64,000 nucleotides of DNA, from the NCBI GenBank assembly GCA_021773395.1, contig JAJFKB010000001.1, positions 65,955-129,954 of the forward strand. The letters run 5' to 3'. This document shows, in pieces, positions 1 to 11,363 of this stretch. Each line of letters starts with the position of its first letter. The stretch's first letter is position 1. Both the position numbers and the translations under genes were made by a program. This DNA comes from Gammaproteobacteria bacterium. Its GTDB lineage: Bacteria; Pseudomonadota; Gammaproteobacteria; Pseudomonadales; IMCC2047. A model generated the notes under the pieces. The model did not search any database, had not been told where the DNA came from, and was given only the letters and a program-made list of their open reading frames with translations.

Positions 1-444
1 ATGAGCGATCAGAATCAGACCATTGGCCGCACGATCCAGTCTATGTACCACGAAAGCCGGGCGTTGAGGCTGCAAATGAGTTTCCACCCAGCGATTAATG
101 GTGCAATGATCACCCCATTTGGACCCCTGAGACCGCATACCATAAGGCTTATTCCATACGCTGTAAGCTCCTTCATCAGCAACCATATGCGCAGACGCAG
201 GCTGCATTTCCAGCACAAGAGGATCGTGATATAGATGCAGTACATCCCCTTGTTTAAGTCGCTTATTACTCCTTCGGATCCGATCTGTCTGACGCCCACG
301 TGATAGCCAAACGGCCCCCTTAAACATCAGCTGCTTTACTTTTTGCCGGGATAGGTGACTGGCGTCAAAAAGCAGATCAACTGGTCTTTGCTCGGAATTT
401 TCCACCTGTACATGGCTCTCGAATTTACTATTGGTTACTGGCAT
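1..444 (-). CDS. RluA-family pseudouridine synthase, N-terminal part only (continues past window start)
   Basis: Manual minus-strand translation from ATG at 444-442 stays open to position 1: MPVTNSKFESHVQVENSEQRPVDLLFDASHLSRQKVKQLMFKGAVWLSRGRQTDRIRRSNKRLKQGDVLHLYHDPLVLEMQPASAHMVADEGAYSVWNKPYGMRSQGSKWGDHCTINRWVETHLQPQRPAFVVHRLDRAANGLILIAH. It has an S4-like N-terminus and the HRLDR catalytic-Asp motif. It is absent from the supplied ORF track because no stop lies in the window. Confidence 0.8.
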   Translation of the reverse strand, partial: MPVTNSKFESHVQVENSEQRPVDLLFDASHLSRQKVKQLMFKGAVWLSRGRQTDRIRRSNKRLKQGDVLHLYHDPLVLEMQPASAHMVADEGAYSVWNKPYGMRSQGSKWGDHCTINRWVETHLQPQRPAFVVHRLDRAANGLILIAH

Positions 445-560
445 CGGTACAGCTTATAAAAACTGTATACCGCTGGACAAGCCCTAGTTTCCGGTAGTAG
501 CCTATCCATAACCGAAATCTATTCTGCAAATAACCGTCCCCGCGTTACGGAGGCCCGCAA

Positions 561-1538
561 ATGCCCAAACTGTATGAAGACAATAGCCAGTCAATTGGCA
601 ATACCCCGCTGATCAAACTCAACCGCATAACTGATGCCAACATCTATGCCAAAATAGAAAGCCGAAACCCCGCCAATTCTGTTAAGTGTCGAATTGGAGC
701 GAGCATGATTTGGGCAGCGGAAAAAGAGGGGCTACTACAACCCGGTAAAGAAATTATCGAGCCTACCAGTGGAAATACCGGCATCGCGCTGGCATTTGTT
801 GCCGCAGCGCGAGGCTATGCACTGACTTTAACCATGCCCCACACGATGAGCCTGGAGCGCCGGCAGTTGATGAAAGCGCTGGGAGCAACGGTAGTTCTGA
901 CTGATGGCGCTTTGGGAATGACCGGCTCCATTAATAAAGCCAAGGAAATAATCGCGAGCAACCCAAACCGCTACCTGATGCTACAGCAATTTGAAAACCC
1001 GGCTAACCCACAAATCCATGAAGAGACAACCGGTCCGGAAATTTGGAACGATACCGATGGAAAAATCGATGTGCTAGTTTCCGGCGTAGGTACCGGAGGC
1101 ACCATAACTGGCATCTCACGATACATTAAAAATACGCAGGGCAAGGCCATTACCTCTGTCGCGGTTGAGCCTACTTCTACCACTATGATTACAGCTGCTC
1201 TGGCGGGCGAGGAACCGACGCATGGTCCCCACAAAATACAGGGTATTGGTGCCGGTTTCGTACCTAAAAATCTGGATCTGTCGTTGGTGGATCAGGTCGA
1301 GCGAGTCGATGAAGATATTGCCATGCAATACGCCCACCACCTGATGTCCCAGGAAGGCATACTTGCGGGCATCTCGTCCGGTGCGGCGGTAGCTGCCGCG
1401 ATTCAGGTCGCCAAACAGGATCAGCACCAGGGCAAAATGATTGTAGTGATACTACCCGACTCGGGCGAGCGGTACCTGACCACAGCGCTATTCCAAGGAT
1501 TTTTTGGGGAAAACGAAACCGTACAGGCTTTTAGCTAA
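561..1538 (+). CDS. cysK: cysteine synthase A (O-acetylserine sulfhydrylase)
   Basis: 325 aa. [19 protein letters not shown] (PLP lysine region), [12 protein letters not shown] and [10 protein letters not shown] motifs are typical of CysK/CysM PLP fold type II enzymes. Confidence 0.9.
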   Translation: MPKLYEDNSQSIGNTPLIKLNRITDANIYAKIESRNPANSVKCRIGASMIWAAEKEGLLQPGKEIIEPTSGNTGIALAFVAAARGYALTLTMPHTMSLERRQLMKALGATVVLTDGALGMTGSINKAKEIIASNPNRYLMLQQFENPANPQIHEETTGPEIWNDTDGKIDVLVSGVGTGGTITGISRYIKNTQGKAITSVAVEPTSTTMITAALAGEEPTHGPHKIQGIGAGFVPKNLDLSLVDQVERVDEDIAMQYAHHLMSQEGILAGISSGAAVAAAIQVAKQDQHQGKMIVVILPDSGERYLTTALFQGFFGENETVQAFS

Positions 1539-1690
1539 GGAACCTCTGAATAACTCTCGGAGCCAGGAGCCAGATCTGACGACAAGGGTTTTCTATATCA
1601 GGAGATGAGTTTACACATCAGCAACGGTGCTATTTCGAAATCAGTAAAGGTGACCATTATCACAGACCAGCCCGAGGACTAGCTTAAATC

Positions 1691-2359
1691 ATGCTCGATT
1701 GGCACCAAATAGATACCGTTTTTCTGGACATGGACGGGACCCTGCTGGATCTTCATTTTGACAACTATTTCTGGCTAGAGCACGTACCCCGTAGATATGC
1801 GGAGCACCATCAAATTGAGACTGAGATTGCTTTTGAGGATTTATTCAGGCAATTCAAACAGCATGAAGGTAGCTTGAACTGGTATTGTCTCGATTTCTGG
1901 TCGGAAGCACTGCGACTGGACATTGCCCAGTTAAAACATGAAATAAGGGACAAAATACAATTTAGGCCCCATGTTGAACAGTTTCTGCAACAACTCAAAA
2001 AAAGCGACAAAAAAACTTTGATTGTCACTAACGCGCACTGGGACAGCATCAGGTTAAAACTACAACAGACTGGGCTGGAACGCTGGGTAGATCAGATTTA
2101 TTGCTCGCACGATTTTGACCTCCCCAAAGAAAATCCGGATTTCTGGTCTCGATTACAAAAGCGCCATCCTTTCGACAAGGAATCTACACTACTCATCGAT
2201 GACAGCCTGGCAGTACTTCGATCAGCCAAAGACTACGGTATCCGTCACCTTCTAACAATCACGCAGCCTGACTCTCAGCAACCGGAACGGCGCGTCGACG
2301 AGTTCGTCAGCATTGATCGTTTTTCAGACCTTCAGTTAAAGGATAAAAGCGTAGAATGA
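1691..2359 (+). CDS. yrfG: HAD-family GMP/IMP nucleotidase YrfG-like
   Basis: 222 aa with the DTVFLDMDGTLLDLHFDNYFW HAD motif I. Conserved yrfG-hslR-hslO order. Stop overlaps the hslR start (ATGA). Confidence 0.8.
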   Translation: MLDWHQIDTVFLDMDGTLLDLHFDNYFWLEHVPRRYAEHHQIETEIAFEDLFRQFKQHEGSLNWYCLDFWSEALRLDIAQLKHEIRDKIQFRPHVEQFLQQLKKSDKKTLIVTNAHWDSIRLKLQQTGLERWVDQIYCSHDFDLPKENPDFWSRLQKRHPFDKESTLLIDDSLAVLRSAKDYGIRHLLTITQPDSQQPERRVDEFVSIDRFSDLQLKDKSVE

Positions 2360-2763
2360 GCGAGGCTTCCATTCGTTTGGATAAATGGCTTTGGGCTGCG
2401 CGCTTTTTTAAAACGCGCGCACTCGCTAAAAAGGCCATCGAGGGTGGCAAGGTTCACTATCAGGGAGCACGCGGCAAACCAAGCCGCAACGTAGAGCTGG
2501 AAGCCACCTTGAGCATCCGGCAAGGCTGGAGCATTAAAACAGTAATCGTAAAAGCATTATCCGAGCAACGCAGAGGCGCTACAGAAGCCCAGTTACTCTA
2601 TGAGGAAACCGCGCAAAGCATCGCTCAGCGAACGCTAGAGTCGGAGCAACGTAAATTGCAAACTGCCTCAATGCGATTGCCGGAGCACCGACCTACAAAA
2701 AAACAGCGTCGCGAAATTGTACGCTTCAAAAATATTCACGATATCGATGAAAACCAGGGCTAA
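2356..2763 (+). CDS. hslR: ribosome-associated heat shock protein Hsp15 (S4 domain)
   Basis: 135 aa. IRLDKWLWAARFFKTRALAKKAIEGGKVHY is the S4 RNA-binding fold of Hsp15. Sits between yrfG and hslO. Confidence 0.9.
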   Translation: MSEASIRLDKWLWAARFFKTRALAKKAIEGGKVHYQGARGKPSRNVELEATLSIRQGWSIKTVIVKALSEQRRGATEAQLLYEETAQSIAQRTLESEQRKLQTASMRLPEHRPTKKQRREIVRFKNIHDIDENQG

Positions 2764-2775
2764 CAGGAGCACCCA

Positions 2776-3672
2776 ATGAGTTCTTCAGATCAGATTCAGC
2801 ACTTCCTGTTTACCAACGCTGACATCCGCGGTCAGCTAGTCGGTCTTGAGGAAAGTTATCGGCAAGCTATTGAAAACCATAACTACCCAAAGTCGATCGA
2901 GAAACTTATTGGTGAGTTTATGGCCGCCGCCGCCCTGCTCGGAAGCACGCTGAAGATTGATGGGACCATTAGCATTCAAGCACAGGGAACCGGGTCTCTG
3001 ACGTTAATCATGGCGGAATGTAAAAGCAATAGAGAGATTAGAGCGGTCGCCCGATACCAGGGCGAGTGTAATAGCAGCGCGATCAACGAGTTGCTCGGTA
3101 TCGGTCAGTTGGCCATTACCATCGACCCCGAGCAGGGTCAACGATATCAGGGAATCGTACCCCTGGAAAACGCAACCCTTGCAAAATGCCTGGAAGCCTA
3201 TTTTGATCAATCTGAGCAATTGAAAACCCGCATCTGGCTCGCGGGGAATTCCGGGGAGCAGGTTTCAGGGCTGCTGCTGCAGGCAATGCCCTCCGCTATC
3301 TCGCCTACAGACTCCGATGCCTGGCCTCGAATCTGCACCCTCACAGATACATTAAGCGAATCAGAACTGGAAAAATTACAAAATATCCAACTTCTTTATC
3401 GACTCTATCACGAAGAGGAGGTCGAGCTTTACCCCCCTCATGAGGTTAATTTTAGCTGCAGCTGTAACCGTGACAGAATCATCAATGCGCTTGTATCTTT
3501 AGGAGCCCAGGAAGTTGAGGAAATGTTCACTGAAGAGCCTTTGGTAGAGATCAACTGTGAGTTCTGCAATCAGTCTTACACCGTTGCGAAGGAGGAGGTC
3601 GAACCGTATCTTATGGAGTTGGATATATCAGAAATTGCCAGTGATCTGGCGCCATCTCGCACTCTTCATTAA
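2776..3672 (+). CDS. hslO: redox-regulated chaperone Hsp33
   Basis: 298 aa. The C-terminal CSC...CEFC zinc/redox switch (FSCSCNRDR ... INCEFCNQSY) is diagnostic of Hsp33. Confidence 0.92.
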   Translation: MSSSDQIQHFLFTNADIRGQLVGLEESYRQAIENHNYPKSIEKLIGEFMAAAALLGSTLKIDGTISIQAQGTGSLTLIMAECKSNREIRAVARYQGECNSSAINELLGIGQLAITIDPEQGQRYQGIVPLENATLAKCLEAYFDQSEQLKTRIWLAGNSGEQVSGLLLQAMPSAISPTDSDAWPRICTLTDTLSESELEKLQNIQLLYRLYHEEEVELYPPHEVNFSCSCNRDRIINALVSLGAQEVEEMFTEEPLVEINCEFCNQSYTVAKEEVEPYLMELDISEIASDLAPSRTLH

Positions 3673-3863
3673 CCTAAACTCTCACCCTTCGTTAACCTAA
3701 ATTTATGGCATGAATACTCAATATCAAAGTGAATTTTCAAATTAAACCAATTTTGACTTAGCGCCAGCCCTTTTTTTTGTCATAATTACGCGCCCAAAAT
3801 CTGATCCGCCGGGTACACAAGGAATTCCGGCAACTAAGTCGGCCAGCGCCGGGAGAACGTTAA

Positions 3864-5426
3864 ATGAATAATGTCGCTGAACAGCAACAATTGAGCACTA
3901 GCTTCACAGACCTGAGTACAGCAGAGTTAGTGGAATTAGCCGTGCGCCGCGGAGAAGGTACGCTGGCAGATAATGGCTCGCTGGTGGTTAATACCGGCAA
4001 GCGAACCGGTCGCTCTCCTATGGATCGCTTCATTGTTCAAGAGCCAAGCACAGAAAACGAAATCCACTGGGGTTCAATTAACCGCCCCTTTTCCGCTGAT
4101 AAATTCGACGCACTGTGGGAGCGGGTAGAAAATTACCTTCACACAAAAGAGTTTTTTGTATCCAGTCTGCATGTAGGCTCCGACCCGGAACACTATATCC
4201 CTGTATCTGTGTCAACCGAAACAGCCTGGCACAACCTGTTTGGCAGAACCTTGTTTGTCAGACCGGAAAAATACAACCCACGCGACAAAGGCCAATGGCA
4301 AATTATCAATGCTCCAAATTTTGTATGTGAGCCTGAGCGCGATGGCACTAACAGCGAAGGTGTTGTGATTATCAATTTCGCCAAAAGACGCGTATTACTG
4401 GCTGGTATGCAGTACGCCGGCGAGATGAAAAAAGCAATGTTCTCTGTACAGAATTTTCTGCTCCCGGAAAAAGATGTGCTGCCCATGCATTGCTCAGCCA
4501 ATACCGACGGTGAGGGCGATGTTACGCTGTTTTTTGGATTGTCGGGCACCGGCAAAACCACGCTTAGCGCAGACCCACACCGCTACCTGATTGGCGATGA
4601 CGAACATGGCTGGGGCAAAGGTACAGTGTTCAACATTGAGGGTGGGTGCTATGCGAAATGTATTGACCTGAGCGAGAAGAATGAACCTGTTATCTGGGAA
4701 GCCATTAAGTTTGGCGCCATCGTAGAAAACGTTGTCACCGATGAGAAAACCCGCGCTCCGGATTATACCGACGCGTCTTTAACACAAAATACCCGGGCCG
4801 CTTATCCCCGCGAGCACATCAAGCTACGCGTTGAAGAAAATCGTGCTGGCGAACCAAGCGCGATTATTTTTCTTACCTGCGATCTAACTGGTGTACTACC
4901 GCCTGTTTCCATTTTGAGCAAGGAGAGCGCAGCCTACCATTTTCTGAGCGGCTACACCGCACTGGTCGGATCTACCGAAATGGGTTCAACTGCGGGGATT
5001 AAATCTACCTTTTCAACCTGCTTTGGCGCACCCTTTTTCCCTCGCCCCGCCGGCGAGTATGCGGAACTACTGATGAAACGCATGGAGGACTTTGGCAGCC
5101 AGGTCTATCTGGTCAATACTGGCTGGACCGGAGGTGCATACGGCGATGGTGGTGAGCGATTCAGCATTCCCACAACGCGCGCTGTCATAGCAGCCATCCA
5201 GAGTGGTGCTTTGCGCGATGCCGAAACACAACGTATCGAGACATTGAATTTAGAGATCCCAACACAAGTTCCCGGGGTCGACACACAACTACTTAATCCT
5301 CGCGACACGTGGCAAGACGCTGCAGCCTACGATACAAAAGCCAAAGAACTGGCCGCCAAATTTGTCGAAAACTTCAAGAAATTTGAAGTTTCTGACGCTA
5401 TCGTTGCAGCCGGCCCGAAAGCCTGA
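3864..5426 (+). CDS. pckA: phosphoenolpyruvate carboxykinase (ATP)
   Basis: 520 aa with the [11 protein letters not shown] kinase-1a loop and IGDDEHGW motif, typical of ATP-dependent PckA. Confidence 0.95.
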   Translation: MNNVAEQQQLSTSFTDLSTAELVELAVRRGEGTLADNGSLVVNTGKRTGRSPMDRFIVQEPSTENEIHWGSINRPFSADKFDALWERVENYLHTKEFFVSSLHVGSDPEHYIPVSVSTETAWHNLFGRTLFVRPEKYNPRDKGQWQIINAPNFVCEPERDGTNSEGVVIINFAKRRVLLAGMQYAGEMKKAMFSVQNFLLPEKDVLPMHCSANTDGEGDVTLFFGLSGTGKTTLSADPHRYLIGDDEHGWGKGTVFNIEGGCYAKCIDLSEKNEPVIWEAIKFGAIVENVVTDEKTRAPDYTDASLTQNTRAAYPREHIKLRVEENRAGEPSAIIFLTCDLTGVLPPVSILSKESAAYHFLSGYTALVGSTEMGSTAGIKSTFSTCFGAPFFPRPAGEYAELLMKRMEDFGSQVYLVNTGWTGGAYGDGGERFSIPTTRAVIAAIQSGALRDAETQRIETLNLEIPTQVPGVDTQLLNPRDTWQDAAAYDTKAKELAAKFVENFKKFEVSDAIVAAGPKA

Positions 5427-5458
5427 CGCAACGAACAGCCATCAATGTTATAAAGAAA

Positions 5459-5488
5459 GCGGGGTTACACTAACACCCCGTTTTCTTT
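5459..5488 (+). terminator. rho-independent terminator after pckA
   Basis: GCGGGGT-TACACTAAC-ACCCCG stem-loop followed by TTTTCTTT, 33 nt after the pckA stop. Confidence 0.6.
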
Positions 5489-5509
5489 ATTATGGCCACA
5501 TCACCTTAA

Positions 5510-7123
5510 GTGGGAGCACAGGTATTGGTTAAAAGTATTGAGCATCGTCTTAACCTGGTTTCATCGGCTGATTATTTATCGCAGCTCTCACAAATAAATC
5601 GCGGTATTGAGAAGGAGGGGTTACGCACCACTTACGGTGGCTTACTGGCACAAACTCCACATCCGACCCAGTTAGGGTCGACCCTGACCCACCCAAGCAT
5701 CACCACCGATTATTCTGAGGCACTACTTGAGTTTATTACGCCTGTCTTTACCACACCTGACGGCCCCATTAATAAGCTGTGCGATATTCATCGGTTTTGC
5801 TATAGCCAATTAGACAAAGAGCTTATCTGGGCAACCAGTATGCCCTGTTTTTTGGGTGGAGAAGACGCTATTCCCGTCGCCGATTATGGCCTTTCAAACA
5901 TCGGAAAACTCAAGCATGTTTACCGTGTCGGGCTGGCCCATCGTTATGGCAAAATGATGCAAACCATTGCTGGTATTCATTACAATTTTTCACTACCTGA
6001 AAGCTTCTGGCCCAATTACCAGCAAAGCCTGGAACAGGAAGGCGATTTGGTGCAGTTCCAAACCGATCAGTATTTTGCACTTATCAGGAATTTCCGTCGC
6101 TACTCCTGGCTAATTCTATATCTATTTGGTGCCTCCCCTGCCCTGTGCCCATCTTTTTTACAAGGGCGAAAACACCAGCTTCAATCAATGGTTAACCATA
6201 CGCTTTATGCCCCCTACGGCACCTCTCTGCGAATGGGGGATCTGGGTTATCAGAATAGTGCTCAACAACAACTAAACATTTGTTACAACACGCTAGACAA
6301 CTACACTTCCACGCTGGGACAGGCCATACGTACCCCTCATGCGCCCTATGAAACTATCGGCATTAAAAAGGATGGCGAGTATTGTCAGCTGAACACCAAT
6401 CTACTGCAGATAGAGAACGAATATTACAGCGATATACGTCCAAAACGGGTTACGCCTTCAGGGAAAAAGCCGCTTTGCGAATTAGCAAAAAAAGGTGTGC
6501 AATACATTGAACTGCGCAATATTGATATCAACCCTTACTTACCGGTCGGTATCAACGCCGAACAATCCCGGTTTTTAGATTGCTTCATAATGTACTGCCT
6601 GATGGAAGACAGTCCTTTTACCAGCGACGAGGAATGCCAGTCTTTAAATCATAATAAGAATCTGGTGGTTAATCGAGGCCGCGAACCTGGACTGGAGCTG
6701 GCCAGACAGGGCGAAGGGCCATGCAAACTTAGTGACAGTGCATTTGAAATTTTTAACAAACTGGAAGCTATAGCCAGCATTTTGGATGATGCCAACGGCA
6801 GCACCGATTTTTCTGTAGCGGTTAAAGTACAACTGGAAAAAATCAGGCACCCTGGCGCCACGCCGTCGGCAAAAATCATCCAGCAACTAAAGGATGAAGG
6901 CATTTCGTTTTTTGAGTTTGCTTTACAGCAATCAGCCAAGCACGCCGATTATTTCAAAGGGCATCCATTGGCAGATCAGGAACTGATCAATTATAAGAAA
7001 ATGGCCCAGGAATCCCTGCACCAGCAAAAACAAATTGAAGCAAATGACAGCGTAAGCTTCGATCAATTTCTTAAGGAATATATGGCCATTAGCGTCCACT
7101 CGCCCGCAAATACTGCACGTTAA
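5510..7123 (+). CDS. gshA: glutamate-cysteine ligase
   Basis: 537 aa with a GTG start. INRGIEKEGLR ... LTHPSITTDYSEALLEFITPV aligns with the enterobacterial GshA N-terminus. Confidence 0.9.
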   Translation: MGAQVLVKSIEHRLNLVSSADYLSQLSQINRGIEKEGLRTTYGGLLAQTPHPTQLGSTLTHPSITTDYSEALLEFITPVFTTPDGPINKLCDIHRFCYSQLDKELIWATSMPCFLGGEDAIPVADYGLSNIGKLKHVYRVGLAHRYGKMMQTIAGIHYNFSLPESFWPNYQQSLEQEGDLVQFQTDQYFALIRNFRRYSWLILYLFGASPALCPSFLQGRKHQLQSMVNHTLYAPYGTSLRMGDLGYQNSAQQQLNICYNTLDNYTSTLGQAIRTPHAPYETIGIKKDGEYCQLNTNLLQIENEYYSDIRPKRVTPSGKKPLCELAKKGVQYIELRNIDINPYLPVGINAEQSRFLDCFIMYCLMEDSPFTSDEECQSLNHNKNLVVNRGREPGLELARQGEGPCKLSDSAFEIFNKLEAIASILDDANGSTDFSVAVKVQLEKIRHPGATPSAKIIQQLKDEGISFFEFALQQSAKHADYFKGHPLADQELINYKKMAQESLHQQKQIEANDSVSFDQFLKEYMAISVHSPANTAR

Positions 7124-8426
7124 AAAGATTCGTACGGAACGGTTTATCAGGAATTCTCGGCAATAACTGCAACGTGGTACAGTGCTCGGCTTGCAGATCG
7201 ATCATGCTGACAGCCTCTACAATTCCCCCTTGCCAATCCTGGTTATTGAGGTGATGGTAGCGCGAATCCGAGACACCTGCGATACTCAACTTCCACAGCT
7301 TTTCGCCTCGATCATAGATCCTGCCAAGTAATGGTAGCGAGGTTTGCGCGTCCACATAGAATGACCTCTTCGATAATGGATGATTGGAGTCACGCGGTAG
7401 CGCATCGAGCAGATGCACTTTCCGAAGTTGCCACGCGACATCGGGAAAGCACCCCCCCTCACCGGCAAATTCAATCAGCTTAAAATCACCCTCGCCGGAA
7501 TCCATCAGCTCGCTGTGTCGATACATAGGCATCAGCAACCACTTGCTACCCTGATATCGCCACTCCATATCCATAATACGCCCATTAAAACCGAGAAAAT
7601 CCTCGATCATAATGTCGCTACCGAGAAATGCATCGGTCGTTTGCCCGGCCGCCAAACGTCGCACCCGGCGCTGTGAAGCGTGATACATCCAAACCTGCTC
7701 TTTGCGGGTATCATCCTCCTGACGGTGAATCAACAGTTGCGTATTGGCAATATCCGGTGGCTTATTCACACGGAGGTAAAGCGCGTTATATATTTCCGAG
7801 GGGTTTTTAGGCAGATCGGGGACTATATCTGTCGTGTGGCGATGCTTAAAACGCAGCATCCGTCCATACATCTCCAGATTACGCTCGACCTTGCCAGTCC
7901 GCATATTACGATACTGCCAGTAGAACTTTTCAACTTCGTTCTCATCCGGCGCATAGCCATAACGCATATTCCAGGCTAATTTTTCTCCCGCTCTCAGGAC
8001 TGATTCGTCAATATCCGGAAAAGGGCGTCCAGCAATATAATTGTGTATTTCTCCAGGCTCCTCACCGAGGGAAACTCCAATCGAATATTTTTTTGTCGCC
8101 TCTAGATACGCCGGATGTGTTGGAAAGCTTGTGGATTCGGCGACCAAAATACTCAGTTTTCCATCCGCAATGAGTTCTGCCAGAACGGGGTCAAGGATCG
8201 CCTGGAACTGCTGAACACTGTTCGCGTCTATTAATGTACCTGGTACAGGTGCTTTAATCTCGGAAGCAGGTGCAATATCAAGAGCGAAGCTTTTATCAAC
8301 GAAGTCAGCCTCGGCGACAACGGATCTACTTGTTAAAGCAAGACAAACCAGAACCGACAAAAGAAGTAGTGATTGTGCAACTCCCCAGGGTAAGAAGGGT
8401 AATCTCATAAGAGGTTTCCATGCCAA
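7089..8426 (-). CDS. DUF1329-family periplasmic/outer-membrane-associated protein (LolA-like fold)
   Basis: 445 aa with an N-terminal signal peptide. GRPFP, WNMRYGY, QRRVRRL and TTDAFLGSDIMIEDF motifs resemble DUF1329 proteins as I remember them. The 3' end overlaps gshA convergently by 35 nt. Confidence 0.6.
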   Translation of the reverse strand: MAWKPLMRLPFLPWGVAQSLLLLSVLVCLALTSRSVVAEADFVDKSFALDIAPASEIKAPVPGTLIDANSVQQFQAILDPVLAELIADGKLSILVAESTSFPTHPAYLEATKKYSIGVSLGEEPGEIHNYIAGRPFPDIDESVLRAGEKLAWNMRYGYAPDENEVEKFYWQYRNMRTGKVERNLEMYGRMLRFKHRHTTDIVPDLPKNPSEIYNALYLRVNKPPDIANTQLLIHRQEDDTRKEQVWMYHASQRRVRRLAAGQTTDAFLGSDIMIEDFLGFNGRIMDMEWRYQGSKWLLMPMYRHSELMDSGEGDFKLIEFAGEGGCFPDVAWQLRKVHLLDALPRDSNHPLSKRSFYVDAQTSLPLLGRIYDRGEKLWKLSIAGVSDSRYHHLNNQDWQGGIVEAVSMIDLQAEHCTTLQLLPRIPDKPFRTNLFNVQYLRASGR

Positions 8427-8521
8427 GCGTTGTTATCGATTAGGGGAGACTAACGACTTCCAATTGACAAGGCAACGTCAAAGATCACAGATCTTAAAAA
8501 AATATTTATACAAAGAACGAA

Positions 8522-9340
8522 CTAAATAGAAAACTCCACCACCGCAGCGCCGGCACCATAAACGGGCTCATAAGCATGCACCTTGCCACCAGAAAGCTGC
8601 TTGCCAAGCGCGCCCTGTACAAAAGCCATGTGCTTAAAACCCATATCCACCTTCGCTGCCGCAGCATAATCAGGGCATTCAGCGAGCAGAGCTTCGCTAT
8701 CCCCCGCTTCTATCAAAGCTAGTATTTTTTTATTCCAGGTATCGTCCTCTACAGAGGAGATCCTGTCTTCGGAAATATCAATACCATGACGGAAGAACGA
8801 TCCTGACAACCCGCCTACCGCAACGACTGATATTTTTCTTCGCAACCTTTCGGCCTGCTCCGCAACCAGGGCACCAATATCCCGGGTAATCTCCCAGTCG
8901 TGATATAGGTTATTTGAAGTGTTGAGTAACGGTAACCGATTATTCGGATTCAGAAAGTGCGAGGCAACGATCGTTCCGGTATCGATTGGAAACTGATCGT
9001 AATCCACCCCTTTGGACTTAATCCCCTTTTCATTGGCACTGTCGATCGCAGCCTGTGTTAGCTCGGTATCAATACGAATATCAAAGGGCAGGTCGCCAAA
9101 CTCATGCCAGTTATGATCCACGTGAATCCCTTGCAAATGCGGTCGCATCTGCCAAAGCTGGTCTAACACCGCAAACCAGCCCGTAGAATAGACTACGATG
9201 GTATCCGGTTTTGACTCCGCCAAAGCCGCACCTGCCGTCTCCATAGCATCAGCCAAGCGGCCCCAAGGGGGATTATCCGGCTTCATGCATGGCAGAGCGG
9301 AAGCCGGAATCAGAAACGCTGAGACAATAGCCATAGTCAT
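8522..9340 (-). CDS. amnA: 2-aminophenol 1,6-dioxygenase alpha-subunit-like protein (LigB-superfamily, non-catalytic subunit)
   Basis: 272 aa. VVYSTGWFAVLDQ, NWHEFGDLPFDIR, FPIDTGTI, GGLSGSFFR, EDDTWNKKILALIEAGD and VDMGFKH closely resemble AmnA of aminophenol degraders (recalled, not searched). Lies 16 nt downstream of the amnB-like gene. Confidence 0.7.
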   Translation of the reverse strand: MTMAIVSAFLIPASALPCMKPDNPPWGRLADAMETAGAALAESKPDTIVVYSTGWFAVLDQLWQMRPHLQGIHVDHNWHEFGDLPFDIRIDTELTQAAIDSANEKGIKSKGVDYDQFPIDTGTIVASHFLNPNNRLPLLNTSNNLYHDWEITRDIGALVAEQAERLRRKISVVAVGGLSGSFFRHGIDISEDRISSVEDDTWNKKILALIEAGDSEALLAECPDYAAAAKVDMGFKHMAFVQGALGKQLSGGKVHAYEPVYGAGAAVVEFSI

Positions 9341-9356
9341 TCTCCTGCTAGTTGAT

Positions 9357-10725
<1,369 letters not shown>

Positions 10726-10736
10726 TCTTGCACCCC

Positions 10737-11123
10737 TTAGACTTTGTAAAAACTAAATTCTATTTCCACCAGGGCTCCCAGTGGCAACGCAGCCACACCC
10801 AGCGCCGTTCTAGCCGGTGGCTGCACGCCTTCCTCGAAGACCTCCTCCCAGGCACGATTAATTTCCGCAAAATCATCAAAGCAGGTGGTATAAATCCGTG
10901 CGCTAACCATATCCTGCAGTGCCAGACCAAAATCAGGCAGCGCGGCGATCAGGTTCTCTAGAATTTTTCGCGTTTGAAGATAACCGCTGCCCGATTCCAA
11001 ATTACCGCTTAGCACATCCAGCGCAATCATGCCCGCAGTCTGGTAATGAGGGCCGGATCGTATCATCGGACTATACCGAAAACGTGGCATTGGCAGCTTG
11101 TCAGAACTTAGTGCTTCTATCAT
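10737..11123 (-). CDS. RidA/YjgF/UK114-family enamine/imine deaminase-like protein
   Basis: 128 aa with the [21 protein letters not shown]-terminal RidA signature. First gene of a tightly spaced operon (gaps 11, 13 and 16 nt). Confidence 0.72.
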   Translation of the reverse strand: MIEALSSDKLPMPRFRYSPMIRSGPHYQTAGMIALDVLSGNLESGSGYLQTRKILENLIAALPDFGLALQDMVSARIYTTCFDDFAEINRAWEEVFEEGVQPPARTALGVAALPLGALVEIEFSFYKV

Positions 11124-11363
11124 CAGTGAAGATACGAAATGGCAATATGTCTATTTATACCCTAATTATCTTAAATATCAATATTTATCTATCAGTATAT
11201 TAGATGTTGTGATCAAAAAATTCTGCCTGCTTTAAGACAAACAAGCAAATCAGTAGCACAACAGGGGAAACTGAAGTTAGAGTATTTTTCGAGATACAGC
11301 TATCCGGGAGCAGAATTATTCAGTGGCAGAACTATTCAGATACAAGGCCGTTCAAAAGCAGGA

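Noticed and set aside
3661-3710. TTAACCTAAA direct repeat spanning the hslO stop codon and the region just downstream.
   Set aside because: It is short and AT-rich, with two copies only and no associated hairpin or gene start. There is insufficient support for any function.
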